From: Anaerolineales bacterium
Lineage (GTDB): Bacteria > Chloroflexota > Anaerolineae > Anaerolineales > RBG-16-64-43
Direction of reading: 5' to 3'
Assembly: GCA_049684495.1 (NCBI GenBank)
Contig: JBAVFZ010000315.1
Coordinates: 1-38,078 of the forward strand
Length of the DNA stretch: 38,078 bases
Shown here: positions 1-7,958 of the stretch, in pieces
Layout of the letters: each line of letters opens with the position of its first letter
How positions within the stretch are numbered: the stretch's first letter is position 1
The notes under the pieces: model-generated
What the model saw: the letters and a program-made list of their open reading frames with translations, nothing else
Told to the model about the DNA's origin: nothing
The model's database searches: none
Position numbers and translations under genes: made by a program

Positions 1-820
1 AAATTTCGACGAAGGCCGGCCGCCCCGCGAGGATCGAATTCCGAAGCGCCCATGGAAAAACCACCGCCGCCGCCGCAACCGCAAAGAGCACCGCTCCGCG
101 CAAGCTCCGGGCGAATTTCCAGATCCAGAACATCGCAAACGGAAGGAAGAACGCAAGCACCGAACGGGTGAGGATGCCCAGCCCGAGCACGGCGCCGGCC
201 AGGATGAACCACCTCACGCCGGGCCGTTCCCAGACGCCCGGCTCGGCCGCGGGCGGCCCGCCGCCGGTCGTCCGGTTGCTCTGCGCGCCGCGCAGGAGCA
301 GCAAGACGGTGCCGAGCGCCAGGACAAAGAACACATTCTCCGTCGCCAGCGCCAGCGGATAGAGCGCCAGCATCGGGTACAGCGCGACGATCAGGGCCGC
401 GACGCGGGCCGTGCGTTCATTCCCGGGGTCGACCCTCCGCGCCAGCACGTAGGCCATCGGCGCGAGCATCGCGTTCACCGCGGCCTGCGCCAGGCGGGCG
501 AAGAAGAAGCGGTGCGCCAGGCCGAAAATAAAATAAATAACCGTCAGGAAGATCGGGTACATCGGCGCGCGGAAGGCGGCTTCGATCCCCCGCGGATCGT
601 AGAGCACATTTGTTAAATCCACATTGAGGTACGGGCGGATCAGATCCAGGTCCGGTTCCGAATACCAGCGGTAGCCGTTGCCGGAGACCAGGCTGCGCCC
701 GAGCATGTCGTATTGGTGCATGTCGTCCAGCCCGATCCCGAGGTTGTACGACGCGAGGACCGGCGCCAACCGGATGACGAGCGCTAGCAGATAAATCCAT
801 TTGGGGATTTTAATTTCCAC
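1..820 (-). CDS. GT-C superfamily polytopic membrane glycosyltransferase (ArnT/PMT-like), first ~273 codons; gene continues beyond the left edge
   Basis: Absent from the ORF track because its stop lies outside the window. My translation of the minus strand starts at GTG 820, with GGGAG 7 nt upstream and an in-frame TAA at 848-850 closing the frame upstream. It reads VEIKIPKWIYLLALVIRLAPVLASYNLGIGLDDMHQYDMLGRSLVSGNGYRWY...APMYPIFLTVIYFIFG...LATENVFFVLALGTVLLLL...VRWFILAGAVLGLGILTRSVLAFFLPFAMFWIWKF...VVFPWALRNSILAGRPAFVEI. I checked every tca/tta/cta on the plus strand from 1 to 820 and none falls in this frame. It has several hydrophobic helices and a DD-x3-Y first-loop motif. Confidence 0.7.
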   Translation of the reverse strand, partial: MEIKIPKWIYLLALVIRLAPVLASYNLGIGLDDMHQYDMLGRSLVSGNGYRWYSEPDLDLIRPYLNVDLTNVLYDPRGIEAAFRAPMYPIFLTVIYFIFGLAHRFFFARLAQAAVNAMLAPMAYVLARRVDPGNERTARVAALIVALYPMLALYPLALATENVFFVLALGTVLLLLRGAQSNRTTGGGPPAAEPGVWERPGVRWFILAGAVLGLGILTRSVLAFFLPFAMFWIWKFARSLRGAVLFAVAAAAVVFPWALRNSILAGRPAFVEI

Positions 821-918
821 TCCGCCGCTCCCTGAGAAGGCTTCATTTTACTATGCGCGGCCCGGTGGCAACGGTTCGATCTTTTTATGATTTTTTGGAT
901 TAACCTGTGGAAAAGCAT

Positions 919-980
919 ATCCACGGAGAACACGGAGGTTTACGGAAAATAACTCCGTGCGTCTCCGTGCCCTCCGTGGA
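919..980. repeat. 62-nt three-module hairpin repeat, copy A
   Basis: Sequence: atccacggagaacacggaggtttacggaaaataactccgtgcgtctccgtgccctccgtgga. The outer stem TCCACGGAG (920-928) pairs perfectly with CTCCGTGGA (972-980). The second module is CACGGAG/CTCCGTG and the third is ACGGA/TCCGT. It lies between the GH10 stop (1021) and the GT-C start (820). Confidence 0.75.
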
Positions 981-1020
981 CCACCCGCTCAGATGTCGGG
1001 CGCGGCGGTCCAAGCGCGGC

Positions 1021-3045
1021 CTACGGCATGCCGCCGTCCGGAAAATCCAGCAGGGTTTCCCACAAGGCAAAATAAGCCGGCTTGGGATTGTATTCTGCGT
1101 CAAACAGCAGGGGATTTGCGCCGGGCTCATGAATGCACCAACTCTCCCGGCAATCCTGCATCAGCCAAGAATTCAAATCGGATACTCCCCATGTGGTGAA
1201 ATTCGCGCACACGCCGGATCCCAGGCAGGCTTCCATCATATCCCGGTACAGAGAGGCCTGAAAGGACAATTGCTCCTCGGTCGATCCCGGGCGGTCGTGG
1301 AGATCGACGTCGAATTCCGTGACATACACCTCCACGCCCAGAGAGCCGAATTTCCGCATAGTGGCGGCCACCTCTTCTTTTTTCGGAACGACGGGGCTGT
1401 TGTATTGCAGCATTAATAAATGCATTTGCATGCCCACCGCGTCGATCGGGACTCCCTTGGCTTTCATCTCCTTCACCATCTCGTACATGGTCGACACCAT
1501 CTTCCGGGTGAAGAAATCCCGCGGGCTTTCGTTGTTGCAATCGTTGAAAATTAATATCGCCTCCGGATCCGCTTCATGGGCCCAGCGGAACGCCCATTCG
1601 ATATACTCCGGACCCAGGACGTCGTGCCAGAAATCAATGCCGGAATAATAATAGGACCGGCTGACGGCCTCGTTGGCGACAATCCATTCCTTGACCCGCC
1701 CTTTAAAATGCCCGACCGTCGTTTTTACCAGTTCCTCGAGCAGCGCTTTGTATTCGTCCCGCGTGTAATGGCCGTACCGCAGCCAGTCGGGAATTCCCGT
1801 CGGCCTGTCCCCCCATACCACCGAGCCCCGAACCCGCCAGCCTTGCCGGACGGCAAAATCCACTTGGTCGTCCAGATAATCGAAATCGAACTTGGCGGGT
1901 TCGATCCATTGATCCTTCCAGGAAAAGCCGGAAAGGACTACGACGTTGTAATTCCTCCTTAAAGTGCGGCAATAACGCACGTCTTGAAACGCATTATCGT
2001 TGTACTCGGTGCCGAAGGTCAGGTTGTGCCGCGCGGCCAGCTCGAACAATCCCGGATACCGTTGCGCCCGTTCGGACCAAATCCCGTCGGACGGCACGCC
2101 GATTTTCAATCCGCTGATCGCGAGCGCGGAGCGGGGCGTCATGGTTGTGCCGAAGAAGAACCTTCCGTCCGGAAACAAGCCGTTCGGCAGATTCAAGCCG
2201 GAGATCGCCGTTAAATTCAGATGCAGGACGGCTTTTTTCTCGCCGTTAAAAACAGCGAGACTCTTCCCTTCCGGTTGTTCGAATACAATTTCGATGGGCT
2301 CGGAGGTGGTCAGACCGGGAACGGCGATGGTGTAATTCCAGTCCTCGCGGGTCCCGTCCCGGATCCGGATCGAATATCCTCGGTTGCGTTCCGCCAGAAT
2401 GTCCATCCGGATATTGTCTTTCCACCATGGAGTTTGATCGTCCGCCGAGCCGGAAAGCTTCACGCCCCCGCTGTCCCCGGCCAGCAGCAGCATACTTTCC
2501 ACGCGGAAGTGCAGCGGAGCGGCAAGCGGGGTGAGGGCGGCATTGATATCGGCCGGGCCGGCATTGTTTCGGTTGTCGAGCGTGATCGATCCGGACCGGA
2601 CGTCATAAACGTCCTGATACGGAGAACAGAGGGGATAGAAAAAAGGTTTCCACGGCACCGAAGCAGAATCCAATTCTGGCAGTCCGGCCTTCAAAGCCGG
2701 GATTGCGGTCGAACGGACAAAACCGATGATTTCCTTTCCATCGGGTTCCGCCCCGACCTCCGTGAAATCGCCGTAGACTCCCAAGGGAGACACCGTTGCT
2801 CCCGCTCGGAGGAGTGCCAGAGGTTCGAAGTCGGCGTTCCCGGGTCCCCCGTAGAAAACCGCGTCTTGGTCGAGTTGGATGGTCGGACGTTCTGTGGGGA
2901 TTACCGGAGTATGGGTGGACGGTGACGAGGGAGAGGGAATAAAGATGGCGGGGGTCGAGGATGTGTCCGGTGTCGGCATCGGTTTTACGGCACAAGCGGT
3001 CAAGAAGACAAGAAAAGCCGTCAGCGCGATCCAAAAAGATTTCAT
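1021..3045 (-). CDS. Glycoside hydrolase family 10 (endo-1,4-beta-xylanase-like) lipoprotein with a large unassigned N-terminal region
   Basis: ORF track 1021..3105. GH10-type catalytic Glu contexts occur in the C-terminal third (KEWIVANEAVS and VEVYVTEFDVDL). The preferred start is ATG 3045 with GGAG 6 nt upstream. That start gives MKSFWIALTAFLVFLTAC, a signal peptide with an LTAC lipobox. A Pro/Ser/Thr-rich linker and about 330 aa without motifs I can place follow. Confidence 0.8.
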   Translation of the reverse strand: MKSFWIALTAFLVFLTACAVKPMPTPDTSSTPAIFIPSPSSPSTHTPVIPTERPTIQLDQDAVFYGGPGNADFEPLALLRAGATVSPLGVYGDFTEVGAEPDGKEIIGFVRSTAIPALKAGLPELDSASVPWKPFFYPLCSPYQDVYDVRSGSITLDNRNNAGPADINAALTPLAAPLHFRVESMLLLAGDSGGVKLSGSADDQTPWWKDNIRMDILAERNRGYSIRIRDGTREDWNYTIAVPGLTTSEPIEIVFEQPEGKSLAVFNGEKKAVLHLNLTAISGLNLPNGLFPDGRFFFGTTMTPRSALAISGLKIGVPSDGIWSERAQRYPGLFELAARHNLTFGTEYNDNAFQDVRYCRTLRRNYNVVVLSGFSWKDQWIEPAKFDFDYLDDQVDFAVRQGWRVRGSVVWGDRPTGIPDWLRYGHYTRDEYKALLEELVKTTVGHFKGRVKEWIVANEAVSRSYYYSGIDFWHDVLGPEYIEWAFRWAHEADPEAILIFNDCNNESPRDFFTRKMVSTMYEMVKEMKAKGVPIDAVGMQMHLLMLQYNSPVVPKKEEVAATMRKFGSLGVEVYVTEFDVDLHDRPGSTEEQLSFQASLYRDMMEACLGSGVCANFTTWGVSDLNSWLMQDCRESWCIHEPGANPLLFDAEYNPKPAYFALWETLLDFPDGGMP

Positions 3046-3147
3046 ACCCGACTCCATTTTTCTTTCCATGACCGATTGTACTATGCGCAATCCGGGCGCA
3101 ACCAAGCCGTATGGAAATGGTGGGTATCGGTCAACTGGGGGGTCATG

Positions 3148-3210
3148 AATCCACGCAGGACCCGGAGGGACAGGAAAAATTTTCGCGGCCCTCTGTGCCC
3201 TCCGTGGATT
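3148..3210. repeat. Three-module hairpin repeat, copy B (63 nt)
   Basis: Sequence: aatccacgcaggacccggagggacaggaaaaattttcgcggccctctgtgccctccgtggatt. The 3' arm CTCTGTGCCCTCCGTGGA matches copy A (CTCCGTGCCCTCCGTGGA) at 17 of 18 positions, in the same orientation. AATCCA/TGGATT and CGGAGGGACAG/CTGTGCCCTCCG can pair. It lies between the zinc-ribbon stop (3247) and the GH10 start. Confidence 0.7.
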
Positions 3211-3246
3211 AATATGAATGAGGATCGAACCAAGCGTGCGAGAACG

Positions 3247-3555
3247 CTATTTGGATCCCTTGCGAAAGTCGGTTCGCGACCAGGGGGAGCTGTTTTCAGG
3301 CGGGATCCGCCTGCGGGGATTGGAGAGCGAGGGGATATGCGCCGCCGGCCCGAGGATGAGCCGCAACGCGTCCAGCGCGTCCTCATCGTATTCGCAATGG
3401 CGGCAGATGTCGCAGATCCAGGCCGGGAAGTTCGGGACGTGCACCAGGGTTCCCTCCAGTTTTGCGTAGTAGGGAACCATCCCGGGTTTAAGCGTGCCCA
3501 CCTGGCATTCCGGGCATGTTTCGGTTGGGGTTGCGGGATACCGATCGTCGGTCAT
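3247..3555 (-). CDS. Small YgiT/MqsA-N-terminal-type zinc-ribbon protein (102 aa), no HTH domain
   Basis: This is the tail of track ORF 3247..3717. ATG 3555 overlaps the lepB stop as ATGA (3552-3555). The product is MTDDRYPATPTETCPECQVGTLKPGMVPYYAKLEGTLVHVPNFPAWICDICRHCEYDEDALDALRLILGP.... It has two CxxC pairs (CPEC and CDIC) spaced as in the MqsA N-terminal zinc domain. The C-terminus is low-complexity. Confidence 0.65.
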   Translation of the reverse strand: MTDDRYPATPTETCPECQVGTLKPGMVPYYAKLEGTLVHVPNFPAWICDICRHCEYDEDALDALRLILGPAAHIPSLSNPRRRIPPENSSPWSRTDFRKGSK

Positions 3556-4244
3556 GAAATGATCCAGTCGTCGCACGATTCGCGTGGGAGGTATCCCCAC
3601 CGGCATGCGTTGAACGTGCGGAGGTAATTGTACCGGAAAGAGCTTACCGCCGGGGCGGCATCCGGATCTTCCGCCCCGACCCTCCATTCGAGCGGGCCCC
3701 ATTCCGCGGGAGGCCAATAGATAACCCAGGCTTTCCCGACTACTTCCGAAAGTGTAATCGGCCCGAAAGAGCGGGAATCCAGCGAAATCGGGCGGTTATC
3801 CCCCATTACAAAGAGATCGTTATCCCCCAGCTGCCATTTGTTATCCGGACGGGTGGCTCCGGAAACGTAGGTTTCATCCAGGCGCGCGCCGTTGATCCAG
3901 ACCGACCCGTCGCGGATCTCCACCGTCTCCCCCGGCAGGCCAATCACCCGCTTGATCAGGTCGTCGGTTTGAGCGTTGGTCGGCGGCAGGAACACGACCA
4001 CGTCGCCGCGTTGCGGGGAACCCACCCGGTATATCAGACGGTTGACGACGATCCATTCCCCGCTGAGGAGAGTCGGCCGCATGCTCGGCCCTTCGACGAC
4101 GACCCGCGCGGTCAGCAGGCTGATCACAAGGTAGAACACGCCGGCCAGCGCGACCGTCTGCAGGAGCTCGATCACGATCGCGCGGAGTCTGGAACCGGTT
4201 GTCGGCGTGGAAACCGCATCTCCGGGAAGCGGCAAATAATCCAT
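3552..4244 (-). CDS. lepB: Signal peptidase I
   Basis: ORF track 3552..4271, where the track start is TTG. ATG 4244 (MDYLPLPGD...) is preferred, with GAGG 4 nt upstream. The catalytic Ser context is GPSMRPTL and the Lys context is IKRVIGLPGE. The GDNRPISLDSR box and an N-terminal TM segment (TVALAGVFYLVISLL) are also present. Confidence 0.9.
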   Translation of the reverse strand: MDYLPLPGDAVSTPTTGSRLRAIVIELLQTVALAGVFYLVISLLTARVVVEGPSMRPTLLSGEWIVVNRLIYRVGSPQRGDVVVFLPPTNAQTDDLIKRVIGLPGETVEIRDGSVWINGARLDETYVSGATRPDNKWQLGDNDLFVMGDNRPISLDSRSFGPITLSEVVGKAWVIYWPPAEWGPLEWRVGAEDPDAAPAVSSFRYNYLRTFNACRWGYLPRESCDDWIIS

Positions 4245-4337
4245 GGCACCTCGGCCGGAAGTCCTCCCCAAATCCGGCTGGCAGATTATACGGCTCCGAA
4301 CCGGGGAATGTAAGGGGATGCAAACTCGAATTCATTT

Positions 4338-4399
4338 GCCACAAAAGGCACAAAAATCACAAAATTTTTTTCTTTTGTGTCTTTTGTGCCTTTAGTGGC
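4338..4399. repeat. 62-nt three-module hairpin repeat, AT-rich variant, copy C
   Basis: Sequence: gccacaaaaggcacaaaaatcacaaaatttttttcttttgtgtcttttgtgcctttagtggc. GCCACAAAAGGCACAAAA pairs with TTTTGTGCCTTTAGTGGC at 17 of 18 positions, and the inner module is CACAAAA/TTTTGTG. It has the same length and the same CAC/GTG skeleton as copy A. It lies between the der stop (4428) and the lepB start. Confidence 0.7.
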
Positions 4400-4427
4400 T
4401 ATGAAATTGGCTCGGAAAGTATTTTTC

Positions 4428-5795
4428 CTACGTTTTTTTCCGGAAGGAAAATACCAGCGGGGTTCCCAGGAACGGGTAGCGCTTGCGGATCTGGTTTTCC
4501 AGGTAGCGGCGGTAGGAAAAATGCACCAGGAGCGGATCGTTCACGTGAAACAGGAAGGTCGGCGGATCGGCTTTCACCTGCGAGGCGAAAGCCAGCTTCA
4601 GTTTCCGGCCGGAGTGTGAGGGCGGCGCGTGTTTCTCCTGCGCCTCGCGCATGATCCGGTTCAATTCGGCGGTCGGGATCCGCACCAGGCGTTCTTCCTG
4701 GACCCGCAGAGCCATCGGCAGGATTTCCCCCGTCCGCTGCCCGGTGCGGGCCGAGACGAACAGCACCGGGACGTAAGCCAGAAAGTCCAGCTCCTTGCGG
4801 ATCCAATCCTGGAAGACTTCCATGGAATGCGTATCCTTCTCCACGGCGTCCCATTTGTTGACCACCAGCACCGCGCTGCGCCGGGCCTCCAGAATGAATC
4901 CCGCGATGTGCGCATCCTGGGTCGAGAGTTCTTCGGTCGCGTCGAGGACCAGCAGCACGACGTCCGCGCGTTCGATCGCCCGCAGCGACCGCAGCACGCT
5001 GTATTGCTCCACCCCCGGCTCGATCTTGCCCCGGCGGCGGATGCCGGCCGTGTCGATCAGCGTGATCGGCGTATCCTGGTACACCGCCTGCGTGTCCACC
5101 GCGTCGCGGGTCGTGCCCGGGATCGGGCTGACGATCACCCGCTCCTCCCCCAGTAGGCGGTTGAGCAGGCTGCTCTTGCCCACGTTCGGCTTGCCGACGA
5201 TCGCAATGCGGATCCGGTCGTCCCCCTCCTCCGTCTCCCGCACGGCGGGAAGCACCGCGGTCATCGCGTCCAGCAGATCCCCCACGCCGGTTCCGTGCAG
5301 GGCGGACACCGGATACGGGTCCCCCATGCCGAGTTCGTAGAATTCGGCGGCCTGCTCCCGGCGCGAGCGGTTCTCGCATTTGTTGACCACCAGCAGGATC
5401 GGCGTGCGCGGCTCGCCCTTCCCCGCGCCGCGCTGTTTGCGCAGGATCTGCGCCACTTCGGCATCGGCCGGCGTCACGCCGGATTCGCCCTCGACCAGGA
5501 ACAGCACTAGGTCGGCGTCATGGATCGCCATCTCGGCCTGCAGGCGGATCTGCTTGATGTAATCCGCCGAGCCGGTCGAAAGCGGCTGGCCGCGGCGGAA
5601 AAAATCCGGGTCGATGCCGCCCGTATCCACCACGTCAAACGTCCGTCCCTGCCACTCGCCTTCCGCCATCAGGCGGTCGCGGGTCGTGCCGGGCGTGTCG
5701 TCGACGACGGCCAGGCGCTCCCCGACCAGGCGGTTGAAGAGAGTGGATTTGCCGACATTCGGCCGGCCCACCAGGGCGACAATCGGTTTTCGCAT
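4428..5795 (-). CDS. der: Ribosome-associated GTPase Der (EngA), tandem GTPase domains
   Basis: 455 aa. There are two P-loops, GRPNVGKSTLFNRL and GKPNVGKSSLLNRL. There are two DTxG motifs (DTGG, DTAG) and two NKxD motifs (NKCE-like and NKWD). A KH-like C-terminus is present. Confidence 0.95.
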   Translation of the reverse strand: MRKPIVALVGRPNVGKSTLFNRLVGERLAVVDDTPGTTRDRLMAEGEWQGRTFDVVDTGGIDPDFFRRGQPLSTGSADYIKQIRLQAEMAIHDADLVLFLVEGESGVTPADAEVAQILRKQRGAGKGEPRTPILLVVNKCENRSRREQAAEFYELGMGDPYPVSALHGTGVGDLLDAMTAVLPAVRETEEGDDRIRIAIVGKPNVGKSSLLNRLLGEERVIVSPIPGTTRDAVDTQAVYQDTPITLIDTAGIRRRGKIEPGVEQYSVLRSLRAIERADVVLLVLDATEELSTQDAHIAGFILEARRSAVLVVNKWDAVEKDTHSMEVFQDWIRKELDFLAYVPVLFVSARTGQRTGEILPMALRVQEERLVRIPTAELNRIMREAQEKHAPPSHSGRKLKLAFASQVKADPPTFLFHVNDPLLVHFSYRRYLENQIRKRYPFLGTPLVFSFRKKT

Positions 5796-5817
5796 CAGAG
5801 GATTCCGCTGGGTTTTG

Positions 5818-7053
5818 TCAGGGTGTGGGTGTCACGGTCGCTTTTATGATCACCACTTCCACCTGTTCCGGGGATAGGATGACCAGCTTCAAGCCGGCGG
5901 GCATGTTGACTTCCGGCGTAAGTTTATAGGTGCCTGCGTCCTTTCCGGTCAGATCCAGGAACACGTCGATATCGGCCGGTTTGAGCGACCAGATGACCGG
6001 GGCGGGGCCCGAAAGGATGACGTCCACGAATGCCGGCGAAAGCGTGACCGAGAGCCCCGGCTCCAGCCCCTGGAACCGGATCGGGCGGGAAATGGTGATG
6101 CTGTCCTCGATCGCGGAAATGCTTACCTGGACGACGATCAGCGGATCCCCCACCACCTGAACTCCTTCGGGCAGGACCAGGGAAAGCGATTTGGTGATGT
6201 CGGCCGAAGCGCCGGAAATATCCAGCGGCTGGGTTTCCACATATCCGGGCAGTGCCCGGATCACATCCGGATTGTCGGAATACAGTGTCACCACCTGCGG
6301 ATTGATGGTCAATCCGGTCAGCCGGTAACCGCTTTTTACCGCGCCCAGCAGCGGAACCTTCACCACCAGGTCGCGGTATCCGCCGAGCTGCTGGACCGGA
6401 ACGGAAACGGAAACCGACGCCGGGTCGATGGTAACCCCCGTCACGACCGTCCCCTCCGTATCCAGGGGGATCAGTTCGACGCTTTGATCCATCGCGCTTC
6501 GCACTCCCTCGACATTAACCGTCGCGACGATCTGCGCGATCCGATCCACAACCGACTCCGGTCCGGACACCGATACGCTCTCGGGAGAGACGGCCGGAGT
6601 GCCGGCCTGGAAACCCGGGGCGAGGTTGCCGGCCTGTTGTACGCGCACAGCCATGGAGCGCAAGGCCAGCCGGTCGATGAGGATGTCTACCTTCGCCGGC
6701 TCAACCGATTCCACCAGTACCGGTGAAATATCGGTCTGGATGCGGACCGGAACGGAAAATTCTCCCTCGCTCTTCCCCGTCAAATCCAGTTGGGCATGGA
6801 CGTTTTCCGGCACGAGCTGATCCCAAACCGAGTGCGGCGCGCGGAAAGTTACCTGCACGCCGACGGATTCATAACCCTGGGCGACCAATCCCTCCTTGAG
6901 CCCGGACACCTCGATCGACAGGGGGGCCGAGAGGATCCGGGTTTCGTCCGGATCTTCGGTGGAAACGGCGTTCATCCATACCGCCACGGCGAGGATGGCC
7001 GCCAGGAGCAGCGAGAAAATGTTCCCCCCCAGGGATCTCAGTTTCTGTTTCAT
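5818..7053 (-). CDS. cdaR: YbbR-domain protein, CdaA regulator CdaR-like
   Basis: 411 aa. An N-terminal TM segment (IFSLLLAAILAVAVWM) is followed by repeated beta-rich modules. ATG 7053 overlaps the cdaA stop as ATGA (7050-7053). The position directly downstream of cdaA is the conserved location of cdaR. Confidence 0.7.
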   Translation of the reverse strand: MKQKLRSLGGNIFSLLLAAILAVAVWMNAVSTEDPDETRILSAPLSIEVSGLKEGLVAQGYESVGVQVTFRAPHSVWDQLVPENVHAQLDLTGKSEGEFSVPVRIQTDISPVLVESVEPAKVDILIDRLALRSMAVRVQQAGNLAPGFQAGTPAVSPESVSVSGPESVVDRIAQIVATVNVEGVRSAMDQSVELIPLDTEGTVVTGVTIDPASVSVSVPVQQLGGYRDLVVKVPLLGAVKSGYRLTGLTINPQVVTLYSDNPDVIRALPGYVETQPLDISGASADITKSLSLVLPEGVQVVGDPLIVVQVSISAIEDSITISRPIRFQGLEPGLSVTLSPAFVDVILSGPAPVIWSLKPADIDVFLDLTGKDAGTYKLTPEVNMPAGLKLVILSPEQVEVVIIKATVTPTP

Positions 7054-7949
7054 TCGGAACGCCTTTCCTCGCCATCGGAACCTTCGCCATCCTGCGATCG
7101 TGCGGCGGCGGAAGCGCCCTTGCGCAGGAATAACGGCCAGGGAATGGCCGGCGCGCGCGACGCATTGCGGGTGAATGCCAGCAGGATGTTCTGCAGCCGC
7201 TGGGGATCCAGCCGGCGGATCATCCGTCCGTTATGCGCCACCGAGAGGATCCCCGTCTCTTCGGAGACGACCACCGCCACGGCGTCGCTGACCTCCGAGA
7301 TCCCGAGCGCCGCGCGGTGGCGCAGCCCCATCCGCCGCTCCGATGCGGCCAGTGCGTTGCCGGAAGAGAGCGGCACGACGCACCCGGCGGCCAGCAACCG
7401 CTCGCGGCGCAGGATCACCGCGCCGTCATGCATCGGCGTGTTCGGGTAGAAGATCTGCAGCAGCAGTTCGGTCGAGACTTCCGCATCCAGCTTCAGGCCG
7501 GTGGAGGAAAAATCATCGAGCCCGACGTCGCGCTCGATCACCAGGAGCGCCCCGTGCCGCCGTTCGGAAAGGCGCTTGGCCGCGGCGACGACCGCCTGGA
7601 TGTACGGGGGAACCTCCGTCGACGGGGACGCGCGGCGGAAAAAATCCGCCCGTCCCACCCGTTCGAGGGTCCGGCGGATCTCCGGCGCGAATACGACCGG
7701 GATGACGATCAGGAGCGCCGGAAGGATCGTCTGCAGAATCCAGGAAATCGCCGGAAGCTGGGTCACGCTGGTCAGGAGCGCGACGGCGACGATCATGATC
7801 GCGATCCCGCGCAGCACCGTGCCGGCCTGAGTCCCTCGGAACTGGGTCAGGATGACGAAAAAAAGCAGCGCGACCAGGGCGATATCGAGCAGATCGAACC
7901 ATCGCAGGCGCTGGAAAAGGAAAAGGGTGTTCTCGACGAGCTGAGTCAT
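7050..7949 (-). CDS. cdaA: Diadenylate cyclase CdaA (DisA_N/DAC domain, three N-terminal TM helices)
   Basis: 299 aa. The DAC-domain DGA and RHR motifs are present (PMHDGAVIL, GLRHRAALGISE), followed by AVAVVVSEETG. The N-terminus is hydrophobic (FDLLDIALVALLFFVIL, GIAIMIVAVALL). Confidence 0.9.
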   Translation of the reverse strand: MTQLVENTLFLFQRLRWFDLLDIALVALLFFVILTQFRGTQAGTVLRGIAIMIVAVALLTSVTQLPAISWILQTILPALLIVIPVVFAPEIRRTLERVGRADFFRRASPSTEVPPYIQAVVAAAKRLSERRHGALLVIERDVGLDDFSSTGLKLDAEVSTELLLQIFYPNTPMHDGAVILRRERLLAAGCVVPLSSGNALAASERRMGLRHRAALGISEVSDAVAVVVSEETGILSVAHNGRMIRRLDPQRLQNILLAFTRNASRAPAIPWPLFLRKGASAAARSQDGEGSDGEERRSE

Positions 7950-7958
7950 GGGTTGCGG

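Noticed and set aside
150-330. Apparent frameshift in the left-edge GT-C gene
   Set aside because: This was my own transcription error: I dropped two bases when reverse-complementing 270-280. After re-deriving the sequence the frame is continuous (…LLLRGAQSNRTTGGGPPAAEPGVWERPGVRWFILAG…).
417-800. 127-aa minus-strand ORF listed in the track
   Set aside because: It is out of frame with the GT-C gene, which I translated from GTG 820 to position 1 without stops. The 127-aa product is Arg/Pro-rich nonsense, whereas the other frame gives membrane helices and the ArnT/PMT-like motif.
919-3210. Integron cassette (attC sites) or IS/MITE termini flanking the GH10 gene
   Set aside because: The hairpins lack attC R'/R'' core sites (GTTRRRY/RYYYAAC). 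No integrase or transposase is present, and no target-site duplication is visible. I keep only the weaker REP-like, possible-insertion interpretation.
919-4399. CRISPR array
   Set aside because: The three hairpin copies are separated by 1-2 kb of coding sequence rather than by 25-40-nt spacers, and they differ in sequence. No regularly spaced direct repeats occur anywhere in the window.
4399-5379. Same-strand alternative-frame ORFs, for example 326 aa at 4399..5379 inside der, 335 aa at 11669..12676 inside glyQS and 343 aa at 17259..18290 inside the CapD-like gene
   Set aside because: They overlap well-supported genes in another frame, are Arg/Gly/Pro/Ala-rich and have no motifs.
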